From positions 1 through 39,014 of the forward strand of contig DASQFQ010000060.1 of the NCBI GenBank assembly GCA_035633075.1: a stretch of DNA of 39,014 nt. Direction: 5' to 3'. This DNA is from Solirubrobacteraceae bacterium. Its GTDB lineage: Bacteria; Actinomycetota; Thermoleophilia; Solirubrobacterales; Solirubrobacteraceae. The position numbers were made by a program, and so were the translations under genes. The notes beneath the pieces are model-generated. The model saw only the letters and a list, made by a program, of their open reading frames with translations, had not been told where the DNA came from and did not search any database. Below, in pieces: positions 15,687 to 24,794 of this stretch; the first letter of the stretch is position 1, and the number at the start of each line of letters is the position of its first letter.

Positions 15687-16354
15687 CTAGTCCTCCAGGA
15701 GGAAGTCGAAGACCGCAAGAGCGAGCAGCCCGAACACCAGATCATAGAGGCCCAGGACCCCCAGCCAGCGCCCCGGCAGCGGGGCGGCGCCTGCTTGGAG
15801 CAGCAGCGGCGCGGTGGCCTGGCCGGCGGCGATGACGACCGGGAGGACGAGCGGGAGGGCGAGCAGGGGCACGATCAGGTCCCGCGCCCGGGTCTGGATG
15901 GCGAGCGCGCCCACCAGCGTGCCGACGATGGCGATGCCCGCGTCGGCCAGCACGAGGATCCCCAGCAGCCCCGGGAGCGCCTGCACGGGCGATGGGCCCA
16001 GGAGCAGGATCGCGAAGACCGGCACGGCAGCCAGCTCGACCGCGACCAGGAAGCCGAACAGCACCGCGGCCTTGGCCACGAACAGGCTCGTGCGGTCGAC
16101 CGGCGCGAGCAGGAAGGCGTCGAAGCCGCCCTCCTCGCGCTCGGCGACGAAGAGGCGGTTCATCCCCAGCACGGCGGCGAACAGCAGCGTCACCCACAGC
16201 ACGCCGGACGCGAGGTCGCCCTCGAGCGTCTCGCGATCCAGGCCGAAGCGGAACAGCACGAAGGTCGAGACCGAGAACAGGAACATCGCCGGCACCGCCT
16301 CGCGTGTGCGCAGCTCCAGGCTGAGGTCCTTGCGGACCAGAGCGGACACCGTCC

Positions 16355-16358
<4 letters not shown>
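15687..16358 (-). CDS. ccmB: heme exporter protein CcmB (ABC permease)
   Basis: 223 aa and about 6 TM. CcmB-like sequence (FLFSVSTFVLFRF..., ERE.G..D.L...P) in the position between ccmA and ccmC. The GTG start overlaps the ccmA stop. Confidence 0.82.
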
Positions 16359-17030
<672 letters not shown>

Positions 17031-17059
<29 letters not shown>

Positions 17060-17516
17060 CCCGCAGCGTCTGCACGACGTGGGCGAGCGTCGGTGTCAGT
17101 ACCGGGAACAGCTCGCGCACCGCCTTGGGCGAGCCGGGGAAGTTCACGATCAGCGTCCGCCCGGCGACGCCCGAGACCCCGCGGTGCAGGATCCCGTACG
17201 GCGTGTGCCTCGCCCCCTCGGCGCGCATCGCCTCCACGAAGCCCGGCGCCTCGCGGGCGATCACCGCGCGCGTGGCCTCGGGCGTGATGTCGTCCGGCGT
17301 CAGGCCGGTGCCGCCCGTGGTGAAGATCAGGTCGCACTCGTTGTCCACGTAGTGATTGAGACGGTCCTCGATGAGCGAGAAGTCGTCAGGGATCACCTCC
17401 ATGGCGACCACCTCGCAGCCGGCGTCCTCGGCCAGCGCGGCCAGCTGCGGACCCGAGACGTCCTCGGCCTCGCGTCGCGAGACCGACGAGGAGATCGTCA
17501 GGATCGCGGTTCTCAA
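17031..17516 (-). CDS. moaB: MoaB/MogA-family molybdenum cofactor biosynthesis protein
   Basis: 161 aa from TTG 17514-17516: ILTISSS..., [24 protein letters not shown]. The TTG overlaps the sirC stop (TTGA). The rest of the track ORF is a run-on. Confidence 0.82.
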
Positions 17517-18175
17517 GCCGCCGCGCGCGTGTGCGTCCGCTGCGCCGCGCGGATCAGATCCCGCACCGCGGCCTCGTCGCCCGCCCGCAGCAGATCGACG
17601 GGGTCGGGGTCGCCGTTGACGATGCCCTCGAAGAAGGCCTTGCGGTCCTGGTAGGTCGGCAGCGTGCCCTTGGCCCATCCCCGCACCTCGTTGAGCAGCA
17701 CGGCGAGGCGCGCATAGGGCTCGCCGTACTCCTCCGCGACCTGGCGCTTGATGCGCTTGGCCAGGGCCGGCGAGGCGCCCGCCGTCGAGATCGCGATGGC
17801 CAGCGGTCCGGTGCGGACGACGGCGGGAAGGATGAAGTTGCACAGTGGCGGGACGTCCACCACGTTGACGAGCATCGCGCGGCGCTCGGCGTCCTCGTAG
17901 ACGCCGATGTTGACGTCGGTATCGCCCGTCGCCGCGATGACCATGAAGGTGGCCTCGAGGTCGGCAGGCTCGTAGGGGCGCCGCAACCACTCGATCGCGC
18001 CTTCGGCGGCCAGCTCCCTCAGCTCCGGGACCGCGTCCGGCGCCGCGAGCACGACGCGGCCGTCGCACGCGAGCAGCCCCTCGACCTTCTCCAGCCCGAT
18101 CTCCCCGCCGCCCACCACCAGGCAGCGCCGCCCGGACAGCTTCAGGCACGCGATGTAGAAGGGGGTCTCGAGCAT
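17513..18175 (-). CDS. sirC: precorrin-2 dehydrogenase / sirohydrochlorin ferrochelatase (siroheme synthase N-terminal domain type)
   Basis: [31 protein letters not shown] is the canonical N-terminus and Rossmann motif of the CysG-N/SirC/Met8 family. The family motif SPALAKRIK is also present. Start set at ATG 18173-18175. Codons upstream of it (to 18274) show a clear drop in third-position GC. Confidence 0.85.
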   Translation of the reverse strand: MLETPFYIACLKLSGRRCLVVGGGEIGLEKVEGLLACDGRVVLAAPDAVPELRELAAEGAIEWLRRPYEPADLEATFMVIAATGDTDVNIGVYEDAERRAMLVNVVDVPPLCNFILPAVVRTGPLAIAISTAGASPALAKRIKRQVAEEYGEPYARLAVLLNEVRGWAKGTLPTYQDRKAFFEGIVNGDPDPVDLLRAGDEAAVRDLIRAAQRTHTRAAA

Positions 18176-18219
18176 CCCCCGCACGCACGTCTGATCGCAG
18201 GTCCCACGGCGGAACTGAC

Positions 18220-18263
18220 AGACGCATTCCTTGCCTGCGTAGGCTTGTGCGGGCATCGCGTCT
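18220..18263. promoter_or_regulatory. imperfect 44-nt palindrome in the sirC / mpaB divergent spacer
   Basis: AGACGCAT tcct TGCCTGC gtaggcttgt GCGGGCA tc GCGTCT. The outer arms are 18220-18225 and 18258-18263. The inner arms are 18232-18238 and 18249-18255, with one mismatch. It lies in the lowest-GC stretch of this 107-nt spacer. Confidence 0.25.
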
Positions 18264-18282
18264 ACACCGTACAAGGCTCGAG

Positions 18283-19092
18283 ATGACCAGACGCCAGAGC
18301 TACTTCACCGACGCCTCGATGGTGCGCCGCGTCCACCGGGAGTCCGTCGTCGGCCTGGGCGGCCCGCGCGCCCTGCTCATGCAGGCGGCCCATCCGGTCG
18401 CCTTCGCCGGGTTCTTCGCCCACACCGGCGCGCTCGACGAGCCCTACGATCGCCTTGGCCGCACGGCGCAGGTCATGAACACGATCACCTTCGGCTCACG
18501 CGCGGAGGCCGACCGCATGACCCTCCGCGTGCGCGCGATGCACAGCCGCGTGCGCGGCGTGCTCGCCGAACCGGCCGGCCGGTTCCCCGCCGGGACGCCC
18601 TACGCGGCCGACGACCCCGAGCTGCTGCTGTGGATCCTCGCGTCGATCGTCGACTCGTCCCTGCTCGTCTACCAGAAGTACGTCCGCGGGCTGAGCCCCG
18701 GCGAGCGCGACGCCTACTGGCAGGACTACAAGGTCATCGGGACCCAGTTCGCGCTCGAGCGGGAGCGGATGCCGGCCACCATCGAGGACTTCGACGCCTA
18801 CGTGGCCCGCGTGCTCGAGGGCGGCGACCTGCACATCACCGCGGAGGCCCGCGAGCTGGGCATCCGGATCGTCATGAGGCCGCCCGTCCCGCTGCACGTC
18901 CGCCCGGTCCTCGAGCTGGTCAACCAGATCACGGTGGGCCTGCTGCCAGGAGAGCTTCGCCGCGGCTACGGCCTGAGCTGGGACCCGGCGCGCTCCGCGG
19001 TGCTGCACGGCGGCGCCGAGTACATCAAGCGCGTGCTCGTCCCGCTCCTCCCCGAGCGCCTGCGTGTCACCCCCCGCGCCCGGGCGGCCTGA
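18283..19092 (+). CDS. DUF2236 / MpaB-family oxygenase
   Basis: [14 protein letters not shown]...[13 protein letters not shown]...F....G.....PY.RL.RT is the characteristic N-terminal pattern of the MpaB/rubber-oxygenase-like family. ATG at 18283. Confidence 0.78.
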   Translation: MTRRQSYFTDASMVRRVHRESVVGLGGPRALLMQAAHPVAFAGFFAHTGALDEPYDRLGRTAQVMNTITFGSRAEADRMTLRVRAMHSRVRGVLAEPAGRFPAGTPYAADDPELLLWILASIVDSSLLVYQKYVRGLSPGERDAYWQDYKVIGTQFALERERMPATIEDFDAYVARVLEGGDLHITAEARELGIRIVMRPPVPLHVRPVLELVNQITVGLLPGELRRGYGLSWDPARSAVLHGGAEYIKRVLVPLLPERLRVTPRARAA

Positions 19093-19096
19093 CGCT

Positions 19097-20428
19097 CTAG
19101 CGCTCCAGCGCCTCGCGGGCCAGCCGGACCGCCGTGCGCGCCAGCGGCACCGCGCCGCGGCGCAGGACGTCCAGGCGGTCGCTCTCGCGGCCGTGGACGA
19201 GTCGCCCCGACGCCGTGGCGGCGCGCACAAGCGCCGGGTCGTAGGGCAGCCAGCGCGCGCTGCGCAGGCGCGTCGGCTGCGACGCGAGCCGGCGCACGGC
19301 GACGTGGCCGGCTACCCGCACCGACGCGCCCGGGAAGGTGTGGCCGTGCTCGTCGACCCAGGCCAGCTCGGCGCCCAGGGTCCGCGCCAGGCGCTCGCCC
19401 AGGTCCCGGTCGCCCACCCACACCGACACCGCCGGCGCGCCGCGGGCGAGCGCGATCGCCTCCTGCTCGGAGCCTGCCTCGACCACGGCGAGCACCGGGC
19501 CCGGGACGGGCTCGTGGAGGATCCGCGCGCTGGGCGGGACGCCGCGCAGCACCGCCGGTGCGTAGAACGCGCCGGCCGCCGGCAGCTCGAGCGGGCCGCC
19601 GCACAGCAGAGTGGCGCCGTCAGCCACGGCCGCCTCGACCAGCTCCTGCACCCGCTCGCGCTGCTCGGGCGAGCGCAGCGGCCCGATCTCGGTCTCGGGC
19701 AGGCGCGGGTCCCCGGGGCGCAGCCGGCGGGCGCCCTCGGCGAGCGTCGCCAGGAGCGGCTCGGCCACGGAGGGCAAGACCACCATGCGCCCGACGGCAG
19801 CGCGGTGCCGTCCCGCGCCCGCGAAGCCCGCCCACAGCGCGCCGGACACCGTGCGCTGCAGCGACGCCCCGTCGAGCACGAGCATGGTGCCCTTGTGGTC
19901 GGGAGGGCGGGTGTCGACGACGCCGGCGACCGCGCCGAGCTCGGCGTCCTCCCCGACGGCGGCGATCAGCTCCTCGGGCACACCGCCGTGCACGAACGCC
20001 GCGCGCATCGGCTCGCTGACCGGGGAGGCGAGTATCACGCCGTTGCCCGCCAGCAGGGCGGCCCCAGCCTCGAGCACGGGCTCGGACCACGGCGACGAGC
20101 TGCCGCCGCGTACGCCCACGACGCCCAGGGGCGCCTGCAGCAGGACCGAGCGGCGACCAGCACGCAGGGCCGGGATGCGGCCCAAGCGGCGCTCGCGCAG
20201 CGCCCCCGGCCCGTCGTCGGCGAGGTCGTGCAGGCCGCCCACCGACGGCAGCAGCTCGGCGAGCAGCGCCTCCGTGCGGGGCTGGCCGACCTCGCGCGCG
20301 AGCCGGTCGGCGAGCGGGTCGAGCTCGTCGAGGATCGCCGTGGCCGTGCGGCGCAGGTAGCGGGCGCGCCCCTCGGCGGGCACGAGCGCCCACAGGGGCT
20401 GGGGAGCGTCGGGGCCGGGAGCTCTCAC
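19097..20428 (-). CDS. aldehyde dehydrogenase-fold protein, catalytic residues apparently missing
   Basis: ALDH-like blocks: PLGVVGV, AGAALLAGNGVIL, GDP....IGPL, GGP.....GAFY.P.VL, PGPVLAV. The start is set at GTG 20426-20428, overlapping the rarA stop (GTGA). See the finding for the degenerate active site. Confidence 0.78.
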   Translation of the reverse strand: MRAPGPDAPQPLWALVPAEGRARYLRRTATAILDELDPLADRLAREVGQPRTEALLAELLPSVGGLHDLADDGPGALRERRLGRIPALRAGRRSVLLQAPLGVVGVRGGSSSPWSEPVLEAGAALLAGNGVILASPVSEPMRAAFVHGGVPEELIAAVGEDAELGAVAGVVDTRPPDHKGTMLVLDGASLQRTVSGALWAGFAGAGRHRAAVGRMVVLPSVAEPLLATLAEGARRLRPGDPRLPETEIGPLRSPEQRERVQELVEAAVADGATLLCGGPLELPAAGAFYAPAVLRGVPPSARILHEPVPGPVLAVVEAGSEQEAIALARGAPAVSVWVGDRDLGERLARTLGAELAWVDEHGHTFPGASVRVAGHVAVRRLASQPTRLRSARWLPYDPALVRAATASGRLVHGRESDRLDVLRRGAVPLARTAVRLAREALER

Positions 20429-21777
20429 GGCTCGCGCCCCCGGGCGTGGCGGATGCGCTCCAGCCGCTCGCGCAGGTCGTCCTCCGCCTCGTCGGGAAAG
20501 TAGAAGCGCAGGTCCTCGAGGCCCTCCGGGAGGTGCTCCTGCTCGTTGACGTGCCCGGGGCGGCCGTGGGGGTACTCGTAGCCGCGCCCGCGACCGAGCG
20601 CCCTGGCCGCCGGATAGGCCGCCGACCGCAGTGGGGCGGGCGGCGGTTTGGCTCCCGCGTCGCGGATGTGGCCCCGCGCGTCGCCGATCGCCCGCTTGGC
20701 GGCGTCGGACTTCGGCGCCAGCGACAGGTAGATCGCCGCCTGCGCCATCGCGAACTGCGCCTCCGGCAGGCCGACGTGCTCGATCGCGTGGGCGGCGGCG
20801 ACCGTGACCACGAGCGCCTGGGGATCGGCGTTGCCAACGTCCTCGGAGGCGAGGATGACCATGCGGCGGGCGATGAAGCGCGGGTCCTCGCCGCCCTCGA
20901 GCATGGCCGCGAGGTAGTACAGGGAGGCGTCGGGGTCCGACCCGCGCGTGGACTTGATCCACGCCGAGATGTAGTCGTAGTGCTGGTCGCCCGCCTTGTC
21001 GTAGAGGACGGCCTTGCGCTGGAGGGCGTCCTCGGCGTCGCCCAGCGTGACGCGCGGCTCCTGGGCGCGCCGCGCTGTCGCGCAGGCCAGCTCGAGCGCG
21101 TTGAGCGCCGCCCGTGCGTCGCCGCCGGCGCGCACCGCGAGGAACGTCACGACCTCGTCGCCGACCTCCAGCCTTCCTGCGTCGCTTCGCTCGTCACCGG
21201 CTCCGCCTCGCTCCTCTCGCTCGAGCGCGCGGCGCAGGAGCACTTCGATTTCGTCGGCCTTCAGCGCCTGCAGCTCGTAAACCTGGGCGCGCGAGAGCAG
21301 TGCTGAGTTGACCTCGAAATACGGGTTCTCCGTGGTCGCCCCGATGAGCGTCACGAGGCCCTCTTCGACGGCGGGCAGCAGTGCGTCCTGCTGGGCCTTG
21401 TTGAAGCGGTGGATCTCGTCGAGGAAGAAGATCGTGCCGCGCGGGGGCTCGGCCGAGCGGCGCTCGCGCGCGCGGGCGATGACCTCCCGCACCTCCGCCC
21501 TCCCGGCGTTGACCGCCGACACCTCCTCGAAGGCGGCGGCGGCGTGCGCGGCGGCGAGGCGCGCGAGCGTCGTCTTGCCCGTACCGGGGGGTCCGTAGAG
21601 GATCATCGAGTGGGCGTCGCCGGACTCGAGCGCCGTGCGCAGCGCCGAGCCCTCGCCCAGCAGGTGGCCCTGCCCGACGAACTCCGCGAGCGTCCGGGGG
21701 CGCATGCGCGCCGCCAGCGGCCCGTCGGGCTCGTGGTCGGGCCGCTCGTCCTCGGGCGGGTCGAACAGGCGCTCCAT
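20425..21777 (-). CDS. rarA: replication-associated recombination protein A (AAA+ ATPase)
   Basis: 450 aa from ATG 21775-21777: [59 protein letters not shown], and the MgsA C-terminal domain YD..GD.HYD.ISA..KS.RGSDPDA..YY. Confidence 0.93.
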   Translation of the reverse strand: MERLFDPPEDERPDHEPDGPLAARMRPRTLAEFVGQGHLLGEGSALRTALESGDAHSMILYGPPGTGKTTLARLAAAHAAAAFEEVSAVNAGRAEVREVIARARERRSAEPPRGTIFFLDEIHRFNKAQQDALLPAVEEGLVTLIGATTENPYFEVNSALLSRAQVYELQALKADEIEVLLRRALEREERGGAGDERSDAGRLEVGDEVVTFLAVRAGGDARAALNALELACATARRAQEPRVTLGDAEDALQRKAVLYDKAGDQHYDYISAWIKSTRGSDPDASLYYLAAMLEGGEDPRFIARRMVILASEDVGNADPQALVVTVAAAHAIEHVGLPEAQFAMAQAAIYLSLAPKSDAAKRAIGDARGHIRDAGAKPPPAPLRSAAYPAARALGRGRGYEYPHGRPGHVNEQEHLPEGLEDLRFYFPDEAEDDLRERLERIRHARGREP

Positions 21778-21891
21778 GCCGGCAGTATCGCGCGGTCTCG
21801 GTCGAGCTCGATCATGGCGTCGAGCCCGGCCGCCGCGCCCAGCTTGTCGGCCAGGTCCCTCCGTAGAGCGATGCGGTAGAAGCCCGGGGTC

Positions 21892-22644
21892 GTGGAGCTC
21901 GCCCTCTTCGCCGCGTGGTGCTTCGCCGTGGCGCTCGCCGGAGGCCTGGTCGGGCTCGTGCTGGGCAACCTTCGGCTGCCCGCGACCCTCGTGGTGGCCT
22001 CCTCGGCGGCCGCCGGCGGAGGCGCGAACCTGGCGATCTCCGCGATCGCGGCGCTCACCGCCGCGACCGTGCACGCCCGCGCGGGGCGGGTGAACTGGCG
22101 GCTGGTGGGCTGGATGGCGCCGCCGTCGATCGCGGGCGCGGTGGTGGGCGGCTACGCGGCGGGAGCGGTGCCCGAGACGCTGCTGCTCGCGGCGATCGCC
22201 CTGGTGCTGCTCTACTCCGGCATCGAGCTGCTGGTCCGCCCGCCCGGCCCCCGGAACGGCACGGCCTCCGGAGGCGAGGAGCTCGACGTGCGCGCCGCCG
22301 TGGCGACCGGCGCGGCGGTCGGCCTGTTCGGCGGCCTGGTCGGGCTGATACTTGGATCCCTGCGCATGCCGGCGCTCCTGAGATGGGTCGGGGAGGCCCC
22401 GCAGCGAGCGGTGGGGACCAACGTCGCCGTCGGCGTGCTCGTGGGGGTGGCGGGCGCGCTCGCGCACCTCCCGAACGCCGCCCCGGACGTCGGCGCGATC
22501 CTCGTCGGCGGAGCGGCGTCCGTCCCCGGCGCACTGCTCGGCTCACGGCTGACGGGGCGGCTGTCGGAGGCCCAGCTCGTGCGGGCCATCGCCGTCGTCC
22601 TGCTGATCGCCGCCGTCGGGGTCGCGGCGCAGGCCCTAACCTGA
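21892..22644 (+). CDS. TauE/SafE family sulfite/anion exporter membrane protein
   Basis: 250 aa, with two homologous multi-TM halves and Gly-rich helices (GGLVGLVLGNLRLP / GGLVGLILGSLRMP). GTG start at 21892. Confidence 0.8.
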   Translation: MELALFAAWCFAVALAGGLVGLVLGNLRLPATLVVASSAAAGGGANLAISAIAALTAATVHARAGRVNWRLVGWMAPPSIAGAVVGGYAAGAVPETLLLAAIALVLLYSGIELLVRPPGPRNGTASGGEELDVRAAVATGAAVGLFGGLVGLILGSLRMPALLRWVGEAPQRAVGTNVAVGVLVGVAGALAHLPNAAPDVGAILVGGAASVPGALLGSRLTGRLSEAQLVRAIAVVLLIAAVGVAAQALT

Positions 22645-22650
22645 CGCTCG

Positions 22651-23961
22651 GTGCAACTGCAGCAGGAGACCGAGAAGGTGCTGGGGCGGCTCATCCGCTT
22701 CAACACCGTCAACCCGCCGGGCAACGAGCGCGAGTGCCAGGAGTGGCTGCGCGGCTACCTGGAGGAAGCCGGCTTCGAGTGCGAGCTGATGGGCGCCGAC
22801 CCGCTGCGCCCCAACCTCGTCGCGCGCCTGCGCGGCGAGGCCGAGGGCCCCGTGCTCGGCTACCTCAGCCACGTCGACACCGTGCTGGCCTCAGCCGAGG
22901 ACTGGAGCCGCGACCCGTGGTCGGGCGACGTGCACGACGGCTTCCTGTGGGGGCGAGGAGCGCTGGACATGAAGTCGCAGACCGCCGCCGAGGTCGTGGC
23001 CGGGGCGCGCCTGGCGCGCGACGGCTGGCAGCCTGCGCACGGCGAGCTGAAGATCATGTCCGTCGTCGACGAGGAGGCCGGCGGGCACATGGGGGCCAAG
23101 TGGCTGACCGAGGAGCGCCCCGACGCCGCCCGCTGCGACTTCCTGCTCAACGAGGGCGGAGGCCCGGTGATGCCGTTCGGCGACCGCCGCCTCTACGGCG
23201 TGTGTTGCGCGGAGAAGGGGACGTTCCGCTTCGCCGTGCGCACGAGCGGCCGCGCCGGCCACGCCTCCGTGCCCGGCCTCGCCGACAACGCGCTGCTGCG
23301 GCTGGTCCCCCTCGTCGAGCGGCTCGGCTCGGGGCGCGCGGGCTACGACCTGACCGAGGAGCCGCGCGCGTTCATGACGGCCCTGGGCGAGGACCCCGGC
23401 GACCCCGACGCCGCGCTGCGCCACATCACCGAGGTCGACAGCCGTCTCGCGGCCATGGTCGAGCCGACCTTCGGCGTGACGTTCTCGCCGACGATCATCA
23501 CCGCCTCGGAGAAGATCAACGTCATCCCCGCGCACGCCGAGCTCAAGGTGGACTGCCGGGCGCCCCCCGGTATGGGCGCCGAGGAAACGCTGCGGCGTAT
23601 CCATGAGGTGCTCGGGGACGGCGCCGGCCCCGAGGCGGGCTTCGAGGTCGAGTTCCTCGAGCAGGTGATCGGCAATCGCTCGCCCATCGACTCGCCGCTG
23701 ATGGACGCGATCTCGGAGTGGGTGGGTGAGCAGGACCCGGAGGGCGAGGTCGTCCCGACCGTGCTGCCCGCCTTCACCGACTCGCGCTGGTATCGGGCGG
23801 CCTTCCCCGATTGCGTCGCCTACGGGTTCTTCCCGCAGCGCCACATGAGCCTGTATGACTCCTGGCCGCTCGTGCACGGGGCCGACGAGCGAATCGACGT
23901 CCGCGACCTCGGTTTCGCGGCGAGCTTCTTCTACGAACTGCCTCGGAGGCTGCTGACTTGA
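22651..23961 (+). CDS. M20/M25/M40 family metallo-hydrolase (ArgE/DapE/CPG2-like)
   Basis: SHVDTV, RGALDMK, VVDEEAGG and a C-terminal HG.DE metal-ligand pattern. GTG start 6 nt after the tauE-like stop. Confidence 0.85.
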   Translation: MQLQQETEKVLGRLIRFNTVNPPGNERECQEWLRGYLEEAGFECELMGADPLRPNLVARLRGEAEGPVLGYLSHVDTVLASAEDWSRDPWSGDVHDGFLWGRGALDMKSQTAAEVVAGARLARDGWQPAHGELKIMSVVDEEAGGHMGAKWLTEERPDAARCDFLLNEGGGPVMPFGDRRLYGVCCAEKGTFRFAVRTSGRAGHASVPGLADNALLRLVPLVERLGSGRAGYDLTEEPRAFMTALGEDPGDPDAALRHITEVDSRLAAMVEPTFGVTFSPTIITASEKINVIPAHAELKVDCRAPPGMGAEETLRRIHEVLGDGAGPEAGFEVEFLEQVIGNRSPIDSPLMDAISEWVGEQDPEGEVVPTVLPAFTDSRWYRAAFPDCVAYGFFPQRHMSLYDSWPLVHGADERIDVRDLGFAASFFYELPRRLLT

Positions 23962-24764
23962 CGGACGAGAACGACACCGAGAAGCTCCGGCTGGGCGGCA
24001 TGGCCCTGCGCAACGGCCTGCTGGTCCACGGGCCCTCGCACTGGGCGGCGGCGGTGCGCACGGGCGCGGGCGAGGTGAAGGTCGCCTCGGGGCGCAAGCC
24101 GCGCCTGCGCGGGGTGGAGGGCGTGCCCGGGGTCCGGGGCGTCGTGCGCCTCGCCGAGGCCGTCGCCGTCATCCCGCTCGTCAAGCGCGCACTGCCCGAG
24201 GCGGGGCTTCCGTTCCAGGACGCCTCGGTGCTCGGCGTCGCGGCCGGCGCGTCGCTGACCGGCGCCCTTGCCAAGCGCCACCTGCGCGGCGTGGGCGGCG
24301 AGTCGGTCGCCGCCGTCGCGTCCGTGATGCCGGCGCTGTTCGCGCTGCGCGGCGGCGAGCTCGCCGCCTACCACGGCGTGGAGCACAAGTCGATCGCGGC
24401 CTACGAGCAGGACGCCGACGATCCCGAGGACGCCGCCAAGGAGCACGACCGCTGCGGCTCGCATCTCGTGGCGCCCCTGCTCGCCTCCAACCTGGCCGGC
24501 ACGCTGCTGATGCGGCGCACGGCGCTGCGGCCGGGCCCGCTGGCCGGCGGCGCCGTGGCGCTCGCCTCCACCGCGGTGGCCGTCGAGGTGTTCGCGTGGT
24601 GCGAGCGCAACGCCGAGACGCGGCTAGCCCGCGCCCTGCGCCGCCCCGGCTTCGAGATCCAGCGCCTGGTGGGCACGCGCGAGCCTGACGAGCCCCAGCT
24701 CGAGGTCGGGCGCGCGGCGCTCGCTGAGATCCTGCGCGTGGAGGCGCAGCAGGCGTCGAACTAA
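23958..24764 (+). CDS. DUF1385 (YqhQ-like) membrane protein
   Basis: LGGMALRNGLLVHGP, and YHGVEHK, which matches the family-typical YHGAEHK motif. Hydrophobic C-terminal half. The TTG start overlaps the M20 stop (TTGA). Confidence 0.78.
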   Translation: MTDENDTEKLRLGGMALRNGLLVHGPSHWAAAVRTGAGEVKVASGRKPRLRGVEGVPGVRGVVRLAEAVAVIPLVKRALPEAGLPFQDASVLGVAAGASLTGALAKRHLRGVGGESVAAVASVMPALFALRGGELAAYHGVEHKSIAAYEQDADDPEDAAKEHDRCGSHLVAPLLASNLAGTLLMRRTALRPGPLAGGAVALASTAVAVEVFAWCERNAETRLARALRRPGFEIQRLVGTREPDEPQLEVGRAALAEILRVEAQQASN

Positions 24765-24794
24765 GGTCCAGCGAGGTTGTGCCGGCTGGGGTAG

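Noticed and set aside
18176-18274. Cys-rich N-terminal extension of SirC (..[19 protein letters not shown]..), a possible metal-binding motif
   Set aside because: 20 of 27 codons between ATG 18256 and ATG 18175 end in G/C, and they include rare codons (gca, caa, gaa, tgt, cgt, gat). All 23 codons after ATG 18175 end in G/C. MLETPFY..VVGGG is the normal family N-terminus. The extension would also leave only 26 nt for two divergent promoters.
21778-21891. Partial match (GCGGTCTC) to the 39-nt cassette in the rarA / tauE spacer
   Set aside because: Only 8 nt match and the remainder diverges, which is consistent with chance.
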